Shown: one piece after another, positions 1-12,994 of the stretch | Layout of the letters: each line of letters opens with the position of its first letter | Position numbering within the stretch: the stretch's first letter is position 1 | Origin: Lama guanicoe | Lineage: Eukaryota | Assembly (NCBI GenBank): GCA_013239625.1 | Contig: MU053561.1 | Coordinates: 2,806,283-2,870,282, forward strand | Length of the DNA stretch: 64,000 nt | Reading direction: 5' to 3' | Made by a program: the position numbers and the translations under genes | Notes under the pieces: generated by a model | Databases searched by the model: none | Seen by the model: only the letters and a program-made list of their open reading frames with translations | Told to the model about the DNA's origin: nothing

Positions 1-220
1 CAGCTTCTCAAAGCTCCCACATTGTCACCACCGAGAATTTGTTTTTCAAAAATCAAGCTAACCACAAAATGGAACAAACTGTAACCGCCAGTTACAGCCC
101 TGACATTCTGAAACTACCCGTCTCCATTATTTTCTTTCCAGACTCTGAGTGCCAGCCCCATGAGTTGTTTCCACGGGGATTTCACGCGGGCCTGCAGGGG
201 GACGGCAGGGGGGAGCTTAC

Positions 221-343
221 CGTTTCTCCTACGGCTCTGTTTTTTCCTCTTGCTGATGTAGAAAATGAGTAGTGCCACAAAGACAAGGAAGACGGTGCCT
301 CCTCCGCAAATGCCAATGATGAGATAGATATCCAGACCTTTCT
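221..343 (-). CDS. CD2: CD2 exon 4 (transmembrane segment and start of cytoplasmic tail); gene continues beyond the window
   Basis: Acceptor TTGCAG; encodes (E)KGLDIYLIIGICGGGTVFLVFVALLIFYISKRKKQSRRRN; 123 nt; donor G|GTAAGC. Confidence 0.97.
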
Positions 344-1034
344 CTGCAAGAGGAATGGACGTGGGATGGAAGGGGTGGTCCTGGGCAGAGGGCCATTTCT
401 CTGCTCTGGCCAAGGACTCTTGCCTCCTGCCGTTCAGATAAAAGAGCTCGATGTGACTTCTACTCTCACAGAGGCCAAGCTCACGGAGGCTGGTGGATTC
501 TGTCACTGCCTGAAGGGGCACCGGGTCCAGGCTAAGCCCCTCCAAAGGCTCCTTGGAGGACTGCTCTCCTGGACCAGAGATGCCTGATTCTTCATGTGCC
601 AAGGCGCTGTCCCCTGCCCCGTATCAGGGAGAACGTCACAGAAGTTTAGATCTGAGAAAGAGTTTAGAGACTAGCGTCACCTCTAGCTTCGCAGACAAGG
701 CCCAGAGAGGGAGGATGAGTTGCCTGAGGCCACACTGTGTCCTTTCCTGTGTGATTCCTTTAAGCAGTCCCTCATCTCCATGTTTCTGCACTATTTATCC
801 AGCTTCATTTCTGGCTGCCCTCCTACAGCATGATTTTTTCCCTAACCCTCTTGACCAGGCAGTTTCCAAAGACTTGGGGGACATGTTTCATGTGTCCAGC
901 CCAGCTCTCTGACCACAGATTTTCCCCAAACTGTGAGAGAAACTCAGACACACAGTGAGTTAGCAGCAGGTGTTGACTAGACCGTCAGCCCACAGACCTT
1001 CAGTTGCCCTAATGCAATGAGGATAACAATGACT

Positions 1035-1220
1035 TTGTGTTAAGAGAAATGGCTCTGAGTGCAGGCTCTTCTAGACAAGAGCTGTGTGACCTTTGGCAAG
1101 TTATTCTACCTCTCTGAGCCTGTTCCTTTCTTTGAAAAATGGAGATCATGCACTTAGATCACAGGTGACTGTTGGAAGTCAATCAGATAATGAATGTGAA
1201 AGTGCTTTGTAAACTGTAAA
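1035..1220 (+). mobile_element. MIR SINE in CD2 intron 3
   Basis: GCTGTGTGACCTTTGGCAAGTTA...CTCTCTGAGCCT...AAAATGGAGAT...GTGAAAGTGCTTTG core. Confidence 0.7.
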
Positions 1221-2239
1221 ACTATACGCGAAGACAAGGGCCTGCTCTGACTACAGCTCTGTGCACCGGCGTTTCTGGGAGCTGTTTCCCGGGAGGGGTG
1301 CTGGGCCGCCTGCCCCTTTGTGAGTCAACAGCAATCAGAGAGGCAGCAGCTGGGGGCAGGGGTCAGGGTGCTCGTACATCTGGAGAACAAACGGAGCTCA
1401 GCTCAAAGTCACAAGGAAACCCTTCTCTGGCCAAACGTTCCTAGGAAGATGCTGTTGCACGTGAAGCGAGGCTGGGCCCAGGAGCAAGCCAGAGGCTCAG
1501 AAACCCAGCTACACAGATGTTCCGACGGCAGTGGTTTGTCGATCCTTGCTTTCTTTCCCAGGTCTCTCTCTGACCCAGAGACATAGCCTCTCTATGCGCT
1601 GTGGATGAAGGGGCTTCCCCTAGAGAAACAGGCATAATCCTAACCTTCTGTGAAGCTGGGCAGGGAACGGAAGGGGGATCCCTTAGGCTCTGCCTGCTCG
1701 GAGGAAGGGCCAGGGCCGATGGCGGCCGCCTCGGGCTGAGCCGAGGACTTCCCGGGGTCTGGCCCAGAAGGCTGGGGGGGCCCAGGGCAGGCCTCGGACA
1801 AGTTGGGAGCATCGGGCTAAGCCATACAGCCACTTGCTTGTCTTCTCTGAGTCCTCAGACAGGGTGACCACACCCTTATCTGGGCACCCTGGGGAATGTA
1901 GGACACAGTCTGGTCACAGGTGTGTCCAGCCAGTCCCTCCGGGTGCTTTCTGTGGGGGACGATCCAGTGTGTCTTGGACGGAGGCAGCTGTGGCTCTGTC
2001 ATTCAAAACTGTGTTCTCACAGTCGCTAAATCCAGCCACACTCCTTCCTAGACTCCTCCTTGGAGATAATGTGCCCGTGAATTTACATGGGGGAGTCCTT
2101 CCTGGGTGTCCAGACCTGCGCCTTCACCCTGGTATTTTGCTTCTAAGTTCATACTCGTCTCTTCTGAGCCAAGTGGTTAAGTCTTGTCATCGTCCTCTCT
2201 GCCTTGACCTTGGCCTTTTATTTTTACTTTTAAAAATAT

Positions 2240-2388
2240 TTTATTTATTCACTTTTTGTTTTGGTTTGTTGGGGGTAATTAGATTTGTTTGTTTGTTTGT
2301 TTGTTTATTGTAATGGAAGTGCTGGGGATTGAACCCAGGACCTCGTGCATGTAAGCACACACTCTACCACTGAGCTGTACCCTCTCCC
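2240..2388 (-). mobile_element. Vic-1-like tRNA-derived SINE
   Basis: Reverse complement reads GGAGAGGGTACAGCTCAGTGGTAGAG...CCTGGGTTCAATCCCCAG (A and B boxes) followed by an (AAAC)n/CTAAATTACCCCC tail. Confidence 0.85.
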
Positions 2389-2653
2389 TGGCCTTGGCCT
2401 TTTAGGATGAAACCCTTTAAGGGTCCTCAGGAGCAGCCTCGTCCTCCCCAGCTTCCCCCTAAGTATTCCTCCCATCTCTCTAGTGGCTCTTTCTCAGGCT
2501 AGCTCCACTCTGCCCCACAGAATAAGGGACATGAAGGTTCTAGGCGTCAAACCTTGGCTTCCTTCAAAGCCCTTCCTCCCTCCGTCCAGCCCTACTGCGT
2601 GCGCATTCTTTTTTTTTTTTCAACTGTTGGGATCTAATTAAAGTAAACATGGA

Positions 2654-2792
2654 GTAGGGTTGGCAGCTGAAATACACAGGATGCCCGGCTAAGTCTGGAT
2701 TAAACAATGAATAATTTTGAGTATAAGTATGTCCCACGCAACATTTGGAACACATTTACACTGCCTTTTTATTTGCTAAATCTGGCAACTCT
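2654..2792. mobile_element. MER53-like hAT MITE
   Basis: Inverted termini TAGGGTTGGCAG / CTGGCAACTCTA and internal AGTATAAGTATGTCCC. Confidence 0.7.
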
Positions 2793-4458
2793 AATCAAGG
2801 GCCTCCTGAAAGGGGACAAGAGCTTGAGTAGTCGAGAAGGGGCCGTTCATTCACTGTGTCATAGTGACGCGGTGTAGGGGGGACACAGGGATGACAGGTG
2901 GACGAACAGGAGGTGAGGGCATGCTGCTCTAAGCGTGTGATGGGCAGACCCTAGGAGGGTCCCCATTGATCCCAGCCTCCTGGTCCTTCCTGCTGGGTGC
3001 AGTCCCCCCCTCCCGACTGAATGTGGGCTGGCCTTCCTGAGTGACTCTTCGTGGACAGAACACAGCAGAAGTGACAGGATCTCTTTCGCTCCTGAGATTA
3101 AGCTGTAAAAGACCATGGCTTTTGTCTCGAGCACTTGCTGTCGCTCTCGCTCTGGCTGCTCTGAGGGGAGCTGCTGCCACGCTGTGAGGCGGCCCAGTGC
3201 CCCCCCCGCCCCCAGTAGCGCCTGCACCTGACGGATGTGGCTGCAGCCCCTGCCAGTATCTTGACTGCAGCTTCGGGGAAGACTGAGCCAGAACCATCCT
3301 ACTAAGTCACTCCCAGATTCAGGTCTCACCAAACCTGCAAGACAGTAACTGCTGGATGTTTTAAGCCACTAAATATGGGGCCATTTGTTATGCAGCAGCT
3401 GGTAACTTATTCAGAATGTGCATAAAAAAGCCTTAATTCTGACTTCACACTAGCTCGGGCTGCTCCCTAGGGTCACTGACCAGACATAGTCCATGTGGAA
3501 ACTCAGGGCCTCTGGCCAAATAAGTATTTTTTGTTCAGTTTTGCTACAAGGGGGCTGACAAGACAGCGTTGGAAAAATAGTCACAGCGTATCAGATGAGT
3601 GACCTCTCGGGGTTCATAGGGCTTGTCTTCTGTGTGGACCAGAAGGCTGAAGCCCAGAGACAGGCAGAAACTCTGTCCAGGTCATCTGGTCCATTTGGAC
3701 AGACCAGGATAGAAGTCTATGCTTCTGGCTCCCAACCCAGAGCTGAGTTCTACAGCAGGCTGCCTCCCAAAAATTATTTCTGGGGGTCGTGCCAAACTGG
3801 AGGTCCAGGGAAGAAGAACTTAGACTCCTGGAGTCAGGATTTCCTGGTGCTGGCACCAACGCCGGGCTGTCTGCTCTGAGGCAGGGAGAGCGTTCCTACA
3901 CTGGTTCACGGTCCTCCCTGCCCTCAAGCTCTTCCTCTCTCCAAGCCCCTAACTCCCAGGGTTTCCACAGCCTTTCTGCCCCCCGTCTCTGATAGGAGGT
4001 GCTGGCCATCTCCCGTCCAGAAAGCAGTCTTTTTGCTCCCTTCTCCATCGTTGCCCTAGGAGTCGCAGTCATGGTCACTGACTAGCCAAGGGATCATGGG
4101 CAAGTCAGTTTGCCTCTCTGGGAAGTTTATCTCTGTAGGAGATAAACTTTGCAGCTCGTTTATCTCTCCCATTTGACAATTCTTTCTCCTAGAAGAGAAT
4201 CTTCTGAGTTGCCTGAGTTTAAATTGCGCTCGGTGGGAGGACTCCCAAGATGGGTAACCCCAGAACACTAACTCCTCTCTCCTCTAAGGCGTCCCTTGAA
4301 GGGTTCCAGGGGAAAGAGGTATACTTTCAGGTCTCATCCTGAGCCAAGGCTGCCTCCCAGCTCAAGCACCCATGCCCTGGAGCAGTCCGCTGCTGTGGGC
4401 CTGGAAGGCTGTGTTTGTGAAGTGAGCTTAAGGTGTCTGCCCAGTGACCACTACGCAC

Positions 4459-4689
4459 CTGAACACCTGATGGGCATCGCGTTCGTTTCCTTGCTGACTT
4501 CGTTACTTGACACGCACTTGACGGATGCTTTCCATTTGGTGTTCCACCTGTATTTGATGATCTGCTGATCTTCCCTGACCTTGGACTCATTTATGTACAG
4601 TTCTAATTTAGAGCCGTTTACTCTTGCTGCCTCACAGATCAGGGTTCTGTTGGTGCAACTCCAGGAGATCACTGGTTTTGAGACCATCT
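4459..4689 (-). CDS. CD2: CD2 exon 3 (Ig C2-set domain)
   Basis: Acceptor TTTCAG; encodes (E)MVSKPVISWSCTNRTLICE...KCVSSNEVSKETNAMPIRCS with four cysteines; 231 nt; donor G|GTGCGT. Confidence 0.96.
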
Positions 4690-7600
4690 CTGAAACGAAA
4701 ATAAAGATCCAACTCATACTAGGCAATTTATGGATTGTAAAAGATGTACCTGTTTATACAGGGGAAAGTGAGTGAGTTTGGGGCCAGCAAGCAATTTCGA
4801 AGACCCCTAGCTATTGTCAACAGTCATTTCTATTCTATTTTATTTATACGGCACATTCAGAACACATTTATTTCCGATAGTTTATAGATACATTATATTA
4901 GTAAAAAAGAAGTCATATCAAATATTTATGTGCTAGTTTATATCTTAAAATGTGTCCACATGTATGATCACATTATTCTAAGGAACAGAGAGGCCAATGT
5001 TTTCCTTCCTGTTTACAGATGAAGTGCCCAAGGGTCTGAGGTTAAATGGATGGTCCAAGTGTACACACTGATAAATGGGAAGTCAGGAGAGGAGCCCACT
5101 TTTCCAAGTCCATGGTCAGTACTATGGGTAAAGGGTTTACCATGCCCGATCCCCTTATTCTCAGGTGCTAGGATGCGGGGCTGGGGGCTGGGTGGGCAGT
5201 GTATCTAGTGCAGCTGGGAGCTTGACCTTGAGGAATTGGTACGCGTGTGGCCTGAGGCCTTGGTCACAAATGAAAACCCCCTCCCCCAGCAGGGTCCTGG
5301 GAACAGGGACCAGGTGTGCAGTTCAAGCTCGGAGGAGGCCGAGGGGAGAGAGCCCCTCTAGCCTCCCAAAGCTGCTCGGCTACACCCTGCACCCCACCGA
5401 GCTCATTCATAGGAGAAGGATGAGAAGGACATCCCCCACCTGTCACAAAAGGGACGACATGTGACACAGCCCTGGCACGTTGATCATACCGACGATACTG
5501 GTGGTAGTTGTTACAGCCACAATCGTGCACTCCTTGCCTCTCCTGACACAATACTGTTCGAAGGCTGCATCACAAAAGACAAGGCCGTGGCCTTGGCATC
5601 AGTTGGGCAGGGTCCAGATCCTTCTCTACCGCCTCCGAGCTGTCCAGTCAGCTCATTCTTTTCTCATCCTTTCCTCTCTGTCCCCAGACTTGCCACCTTT
5701 CTCGTTCAGTGTCTTTCCATTCATTATGCAAATACATAGATTTTTTTCTTTTTTTTGGTGATTCCCTCCTTCCATGACTCCCAGACAACAATGTCTTCCC
5801 CGTGAACTTTCTCACCAAATTCCATCTCTTTCCCAATATATAGGCATGCAGAAATTAAGTTTTCTTCCTATCCCAGAACTCAGAGTGACCCAGAATGAAG
5901 AGGGTGGAAAAACATCATCCTACAACAAGACAGGGTCATTGGAGAGTCTAGGAGTTGAGCCAAGGCATTTACTTGTCTCTTCAAAATGGAAATACTATTT
6001 ATAAGAGTGACATCACTGTACAAATTGATAAAAATATCCCCAAAATTTCAAGAAGACTTAAAATCACTTGCTATTCTACTACCCAGAGCCAACAATTCTT
6101 AAAGTTCTGATGTATCTCTTTAGCAAATGTTTTCTATGCACACATGCACATAAATGTCTTAAAAACTAAAACTGGATCATATTGTTTGTCTGCCTTTTTT
6201 TCCCTTTACTTACCTATTTTGAAATTCTTTCCATTATAAACACCAAGAAATACACATCGCCACCATCTTCTTAAATAATATGTCCTTCATTTAGTTAATA
6301 AGTTTCTAACTGCTGGGGACTTTAAAATCCCTTCCAGCATTTCACTGATATAAACCACCCAGGGATGAGCAGCCCGTCGAAGTCATACATTTGTATACAC
6401 CCTTTCTGTGAGATAGCTTCCTACAAGCGGCGTGCTTCAATCAAGCGAGCACATCTCATAGGTGAGAATCCTTAACTCCAGGTTGCCAGGACCAACGCCT
6501 TCTCTACTAACATCTGCTTTTAAGGAGCCTTCCACTGCCTCTTCAGTTGGCGGCAGTGTTCCCTTGTTAAGGGGTTGTGGGTGCCCAAATTGGAGTCTGA
6601 GCGGCATGCAGGAACAAAGAGATGGCAGACAGCATTACACTGAGGAAGCACAATTGCATCTCAGGTGCCTGAGGCACCTATGCTAAGTGTTTCCCTGAAG
6701 TCCCATCCCCCTGAACATCCCATGGACTTATTTTTTTGAAAGTTAGACTCAGAACACACAGGGAATTTATCCAAGACCATGCGGCAAGTAACAGTGATCG
6801 GACCGCATATTGAGATGCTGGACGGACGGACACACACACACAGAGCAAGGTGGCTATCCTGTCATGGAATGATCTCCATCTTTTGGCCAAGGAGTGAGGG
6901 TTTATTTTTGAGGTCATGAAAACATTCTAAAATTGACTGTGGTAATGGTTGCACAACCCTGTGAATATGCTAAAAGCCATGGACTCATACACTTTAAAGG
7001 GGTGAATTTTATGGTACGTGAATTACATCTCAGTGAAGCTGTTTGGGGTGGGGAGGGGTGTCACTATCCCTGCTGAACACAGCCTTGGGTTTGGGCCCCG
7101 ACTTTGCTCCTGTCAGGCCACTTCCGTTCCCTTATAGATAATAAGGGGGAAATAACAGCGACCTCTCAGAATTGTTGGGAACCTCAAATAAGATCACGTA
7201 GCAAATCACCTGACACCTCACCAGTAGCCGTTATTCTCACAGCACCACCGAACGAAGCACGATGTGAGGCTCAAGCTCAAAACCGGACCCTCAAGTCCGT
7301 GCTGGCAGAAGTCATGCCAGCCGCGGTTCCTAGAGCCCACACACAGAGGCCCCTCTGGCTCCATTCTGTCTCGCCCGCCCCATTTCTGGAACGTGTGCTC
7401 CCTTCTGCCGCGGGACTAGGGTGTGGAAAGCTGTTGCTTGCAGGGAAGTTGACAGTGTCTGTGATCATTGCAGTGGGCCTGCTGTCAGGTCCGAGTGCTG
7501 AGAGCAGGGCCGGAGGTGACCCTAGGTAGGAGGCCAGGCCCCCTCTTTGGCAGCATTTTCTGTGTGAAGCACAGAAGTGTTTATTTGCTCGCTGAATCCC

Positions 7601-7823
7601 TGGCTCGTGCCTATGCTGGGGTTCCTGCTTTCTTCTCCAAGCGAAACACAGCTTCCTCTTCTCACTTCTGATCCAAGCCTTGCCTAGTGTCCCCTGAACT
7701 TGCGGCTTCCATGTCACTCCACTCCCACTTCCCTTCCCTCTCTCCCAAGCTCAAGACGCTTTGTTCATCCTTTCTCAGTGTAATCATTCTTCAGGCGTTT
7801 TACTGGCACCCTTTAGTCTAGGC

Positions 7824-8000
7824 CAGTGGCTGTCAGCTCTGGCTGCGCATTAAAATTACCTGGGGAGTTTAGCGCCTACGATGCCCCGGGCCCCACACCA
7901 AGGAACCCTAATTTAATTGGTCTGGGATAGGACCTAGCACTGGTAACATGAATAGCACCTCAGTTGATCCTAACGTGAAGCCTGAATTAAGAATCACCCA
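7824..8000. mobile_element. MER5A-like hAT-Charlie relic in CD2 intron 2
   Basis: CAGTGG...TGGCTGCGCATTAAAATTACCTGGGGAG...AATTGGTCTGGG...TTAAGAATCAC pattern. Confidence 0.65.
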
Positions 8001-8701
8001 GCAGGTCCTCCCTACTTCACTTGGATGAGAACAGCAGCGCCCTGGCTAGTCTTCAAGCATCCATTGGCACTATCCATTCCTGCCCTCCTGGGACGTGCAC
8101 AGACACACAAAGTCACACCTTGTGCATTTTCTACAGATATCAGCAAATATCATCTTCCACCTTTGATCATGCTGTTGTTGAGCAGGTTAGTAACAAGGGC
8201 TATTCATCCTTAAATTCATTATTTCCAGCCCTTTTCTGCCTTACAACAAACTACTCCTTCAGGACATCCTGGCTGGACATTGTCTTTCAGGATGGAAGAC
8301 CCTCTAGTCATCAGCCAGCCTCCCCTCCCCAGCCCGACATCGAGCTTGCTCCTTCATTGTCCACTTGGAATGATCACGTTTTTCTTCTGCCCATCAATCT
8401 CCCTCCCCTTGATTAATACCATCATCATCCAGATTCTTCAGTCAGCCGCGCATCCCACAACCACGGAAGAGAGAGTTTGCGATGCGCAGACTTGAGGGTC
8501 TATGAGCTGTGAATTTCCACATGTGGAACCTGTCTCTCCCACAGGACTGGAGCCTGCACTGAGGCAGGAAGAGAGCATTCAGTTCCTTTAAGGCTCTCTC
8601 AAGGCCAAAGTCAGGGCTAGGGACATTTCTTAAATGCTATTCCCCAACCTGCTAAACAGTGCCCATACTGAGGTGGAGGAATTTAGAGACCAAACACTTA
8701 C

Positions 8702-9007
8702 CTAGAATCTTCAAATCGAATAGTTTGTCCAGCACGTGTTTTCCTTGTGTGTTGTATACAGCTACCTTGTAGGTGTCTCTATCAGTGCTCTTCAGATCTT
8801 TAATTTTCAGAGTCCCATTTGTTAATATCATGTATCTGTCCATTATCTGCTGAGGTGTCTTGTTTCTTTTGAATTGTGCGACCTTGGTTCCGCTTCTGGA
8901 CCACTGTATATCATCTACAGAATCACTCATTTGAAAATCAGGAATGTCCAGGTTGATGTCATGGTTCAGGATACCAGAGATGACCTGCTTATTTTCAGAG
9001 ACTGCAC
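8702..9007 (-). CDS. CD2: CD2 exon 2 (Ig V-set, CD58-binding domain)
   Basis: Poly-T tract plus TAG acceptor; encodes (G)AVSENKQVISGILNHDINLDIPDFQMSDSVDDIQW...NGTLKIKDL...YKVAVYNTQGKHVLDKLFDLKIL, with CD2 hallmarks DINLDIP and NGTLKIK; 306 nt; donor G|GTAAGT. Confidence 0.97.
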
Positions 9008-9159
9008 CTATTAAAAAAAAAAGAAAAAAGACAGTTACTGAAGTCGTGCGAGCCACTGCCAGGGAAAGCTGGGCTGTGACCTCTTTGACTCTTCCACTCA
9101 CTTCATGGTCTCCAAAAAAGTTTCTAATGGTGACAGTGGAGACCCACACATCAACTTAC

Positions 9160-9220
9160 CTTTAGTGGAAACAGTGAAAATCAGAAGGCAGCTGGCTAAG
9201 ATGTTACATGCGAGGCTCAT
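9160..9220 (-). CDS. CD2: CD2 coding exon 1 (signal peptide)
   Basis: ATG at 9220-9218 gives MSLACNILASCLLIFTVSTK-G, resembling the CD2 leader; 61 nt; ends at donor AAAG|GTAAGT (phase 1). Confidence 0.96.
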
Positions 9221-9460
9221 CTTTGGTGTCAGTTTCCTTCTTGTGATTCTGAGCTCCCTTTACAAAAGGAACTGAAGTGAGACCAGTGGAATCCACCCCC
9301 GAGAGCTTAACCACGTGCCTCTCTTCTTTTCTTCTTTATAGTAATAGTAGAAGATGCACACTCACACACACGCGCGCACACAGGAAAGCAACCCCGCTCA
9401 AGTGTTCCTTTGCCAAAGCAGGTGTGTTTATGAGTGTGTGTTTTCTTATCATATTTCACT
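9221..9460 (-). promoter_or_regulatory. CD2: CD2 5'UTR and proximal promoter
   Basis: Directly upstream of the ATG. E-box CACGTG at 9312-9317 (a USF-bound E-box is described for the human CD2 promoter) overlaps a RUNX-like AACCAC; GGAA cores at ~9268 and ~9383; CA/CG tract 9356-9382. Confidence 0.75.
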
Positions 9461-10849
9461 CCTCACCATGACCTTTGGATGGAATTCATTTCCTCCATCG
9501 AAGAGAAGAGGAACTGAGAGTCTGAGTAAACCATGCAGGATCGCCCTTTAGTTAACAAGGAGACAAATTCAGCCACACGGCCCGTCTTCTAACCATTCTG
9601 TGGCAGCGCCCCTCACAAGACCACATAGAAATGTGGGTGAATGTCCATAAGTGAATAGCCAGCAGACCATGATTATCTATTGCATGGTTACAACTACTGG
9701 AAAATGTATACATACAAAATACTTACAAAAGTGGATTTTTTCCCTCTTTCTCAAAATGCATTTTAAAATGTCCTGAAACTGTTTATGTGATGAAGGGAAA
9801 CAAATATAAATTGAGTCTCAGCTATAAATGCTTGAAATCCCCAAATCTTACATTCAGTGCACATTTCACAACTATACTGAAATTCACAGTTAGGTAAATA
9901 AAAATGTGTTCCAAAACAAGCCAAAAATGCGTTGAGGCTATGAAATACCATAAACAACCAGAACAAAGAAAAAACATTTTTAAGTTGGTTAACACTATAG
10001 ATGGTTAAGGAACGGAAGAGTTAAGAAGAGAAAAGGCAGCAAGAGAGGTCTGGGAGAAAGAAAGGGAAAAGAAACGTGTGACTCAGGGAAAGATACAGAG
10101 AGATGTGCTGATGGACACAAACAGAAAACGAGGCCGGGAGAGATCCTACTGCGGAAAAACGGGACACCCAGTGACTGATCTCCAAAGTAAACTTCCAGCT
10201 TTATGATTCGTTAGGATAGAGTGAGCAAAAATCTTAAAAACTGTGCTTGTTTTCTGTTTCAACTTTAGGGACAAATACAGATATTCTCTCTCACAAAGCT
10301 GCCCAGGGAATGAAAAAGTAAGTCAGAGCAATGGGGTCTCAACCACTGGGTAAAAGGAAGCCTCAATCGATTATTAAACTCATGATCATGTGACAAATCC
10401 TTAACTCACCTCATCCACAAAAAAAGTTCAGTTGAATTACACTTTCAAATGTTAAAACTGTTTTTAAAAATTTTTCAAAAGCTTTATTTCGTATATTTAC
10501 ATGAAACCAATAGGACAGTTTTAGTCTATTAATACAGAAAAATTCAGTAGTCACACAAATGGGTCATCACACTTTCTAAACAATGTTAATGATAAAGCAA
10601 ATCATTTGATAGAACTTTAACAAATACATATTCTGTGTTCATAATCATTGTGTCTATGTCATTTGTTAAAATGTAAAGCATAGATTAATTGCCTTTTCCC
10701 CTCTAATTCTATATTTATAAGCATATTCTTCTAATAAAATTCTGGTAAAAATACAGTCATAAATTTTACAACTTTAATTTTACCTATTCTGACATTAGGC
10801 AGAAATTTTTAAGATCTTACATGTTAAAATGATTATAGTGCTTAAAAAA

Positions 10850-12880
10850 TAGTATAGAAAAATACTTTCCTATCTGGGTACAGAAAGCCTGCCTGCATAT
10901 ACTATAAGATGCAAAAGTAATAAAGAAAAGATGGACACAATTGACTATGTAAAAATGAACAAAGTGAAAAGACATGACAGAAAATATTTGCAATATATAT
11001 AAATTACTAATATCAAAAATATATAAATTATTCCTGTCAATCAGTAAGGCCAATAAAACTCAGTCTTTAAAATGGGCAAACGATATAAATGAGTAGTTTA
11101 TAGAAGAAATAATAATAAATGTATGAGAAGACATCAAATATCACAAAATATATATATTATAGCCATAAAACACTATTTTCACAATCAGATTGTCAAAGTT
11201 AGAAAAAGATAGTGATTTAGATTATTGACAAGAATGTAAGGAGAAACAGGCACTTCATGTAATGTTGGAAGGAGCATAAAGCCATACCTCCCATGGGGTG
11301 GAATTTGGCAATTTCCACCAAACTTTAAAGTATATATATATTTTTGACCTAGTAATTTTAATTCGAGAAATCTATCCTATACAAATATTTGCATAAATGT
11401 GCAAAACATCTGTTCAAGGATGTCTGTTGTAGCATTTTTTAATAATAAAAAATTTCAAACAACTAAAATTATGGTATATTCATATTATGAAATACTGGGT
11501 AACAATTAAAATGAATGAAGTAGACCTAAAAGCAAAAATGTATTATACTATATGTAATACTTAGTGTATGCATGGACAAAAGGTCTGGGAGGATTCACAC
11601 CAAACTTTTAACAGTGATTCCCTTTCAGGACTTAGATTTGGAGCAGGCTGAAAGGAAACTTTGACTTTTTACTTTATCAACTTCTACGAAGTTAGAAATT
11701 TTGATAATGAACACATTAATTTTGTAATAAGAAACTTTTAACAAAGGGTGCTTAGGACACATGTTTTTTCAAAAGTATATGCAGATCCTGAGAAACAGTT
11801 AGCATCTAATTTCCTTGCTTATAAGTGGCTAACTGCTCGCCAGCTGCCAACTCCAGCGTTTCAACACTGGGTCCAGACGGTGAGGTGACGGCTGTGGTGT
11901 AACCTGCCTCAGCTTTCCTGATAGTTTTCCTAAGTTTCCATGCAGCAAGTGGAGAGCAGTTCTCTGTTCTTTTTGAAACAATAATCCTGCTCCTCTCACA
12001 TCTAAATTCTGAGTGTGCAGCATGACTTCAAGGGCAGAAATTGACAAAGAAAGGGATCGATAAAATCTATGTAAAATTTAAAACCTTTGTACATAAAAAG
12101 CCCTAAAAATGTTAAAAGACAAAGTACTAAGAGGGGAAAATTATTTACAAAATAAATAACAAAGTTTAACATCTTTAAAATTAAATTTTTCATGTAAATA
12201 TAGAAAGAAAAGATAGACACCTTGATATTAAATTGGGTCAAGGTCGTAAAAGGGACAATTCACAAAAAAAATAAATACAGATGTACGATAAGCCTATGAA
12301 AATGCAGTCAATTTACTAACAAACAAAAATATAAATTTTAACATAGATGCCTTTTTCATCTTTCATTTTAAAAATGAAAATATACAGGGTTGATGACAGT
12401 AAAAACAGACATTCTTGACTGTGGACCATAGAAACGTGACCAGGTGTAGAGTTTCTGATGGACATTTTGTCCGTGTGAATCAGAGGCATCAAAGATATTT
12501 TTATGTTGACCTAGCAAGTCCACAAAAATCATTTTATCTTAAGGAAATAATGAAAGACTTTATAAGACTTGACTAAAAATTTATACCTTATAGCATTTTT
12601 AATAAGTCAAAATTGGAGATGATTTAAACATTTGAGAGGAGAAAATTTGTTAAGCAAATCATGATACAGACAAACTGAGTATGGAGGGGAAGGTCACAAT
12701 AAACAATATAATCCCATTTTTGTTTGTCAAAAAGTGTGTGCTGGGTGTGTGTCTTTTGGAAGGATGTCCATCAGAGTGTTGGTCTCTGCGTGGTGGGATA
12801 TGGCAATGGTTCTGTTGTGCTTGGTGCTCTTGCCATTCTAATGTTTCTAAATTGAACATATATTGCTTTTCAATTTGATT
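10850..12880 (+). mobile_element. Ancient L1M(E)-type fragments
   Basis: Degenerate ORF2-end/3'UTR text (AAAATGGGCAAA, TTTTGACCTAGTAATT, GGTCTGGGAGGATTCACACCAAAC) in two blocks. Confidence 0.55.
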
Positions 12881-12959
12881 TCTTTTTAATTCTAAGTGGG
12901 CCTCCCACTTAGGTAAAAGCTCCCAGAACTGAGGGTGGGTGGAGTTCCTGCCTTCACGT

Positions 12960-12961
<2 letters not shown>

Positions 12962-12992
<31 letters not shown>
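12962..12992. repeat. (GT)n microsatellite
   Basis: About 15 perfect GT units. Confidence 0.95.

Positions 12993-12994
<2 letters not shown>

Noticed and set aside
114..602. 162-aa ORF as a stand-alone gene
   Set aside because: Only 221-343 is coding (CD2 exon 4); the rest is intron read-through. The same applies to ORFs 8652-9149 and 4451-4726.
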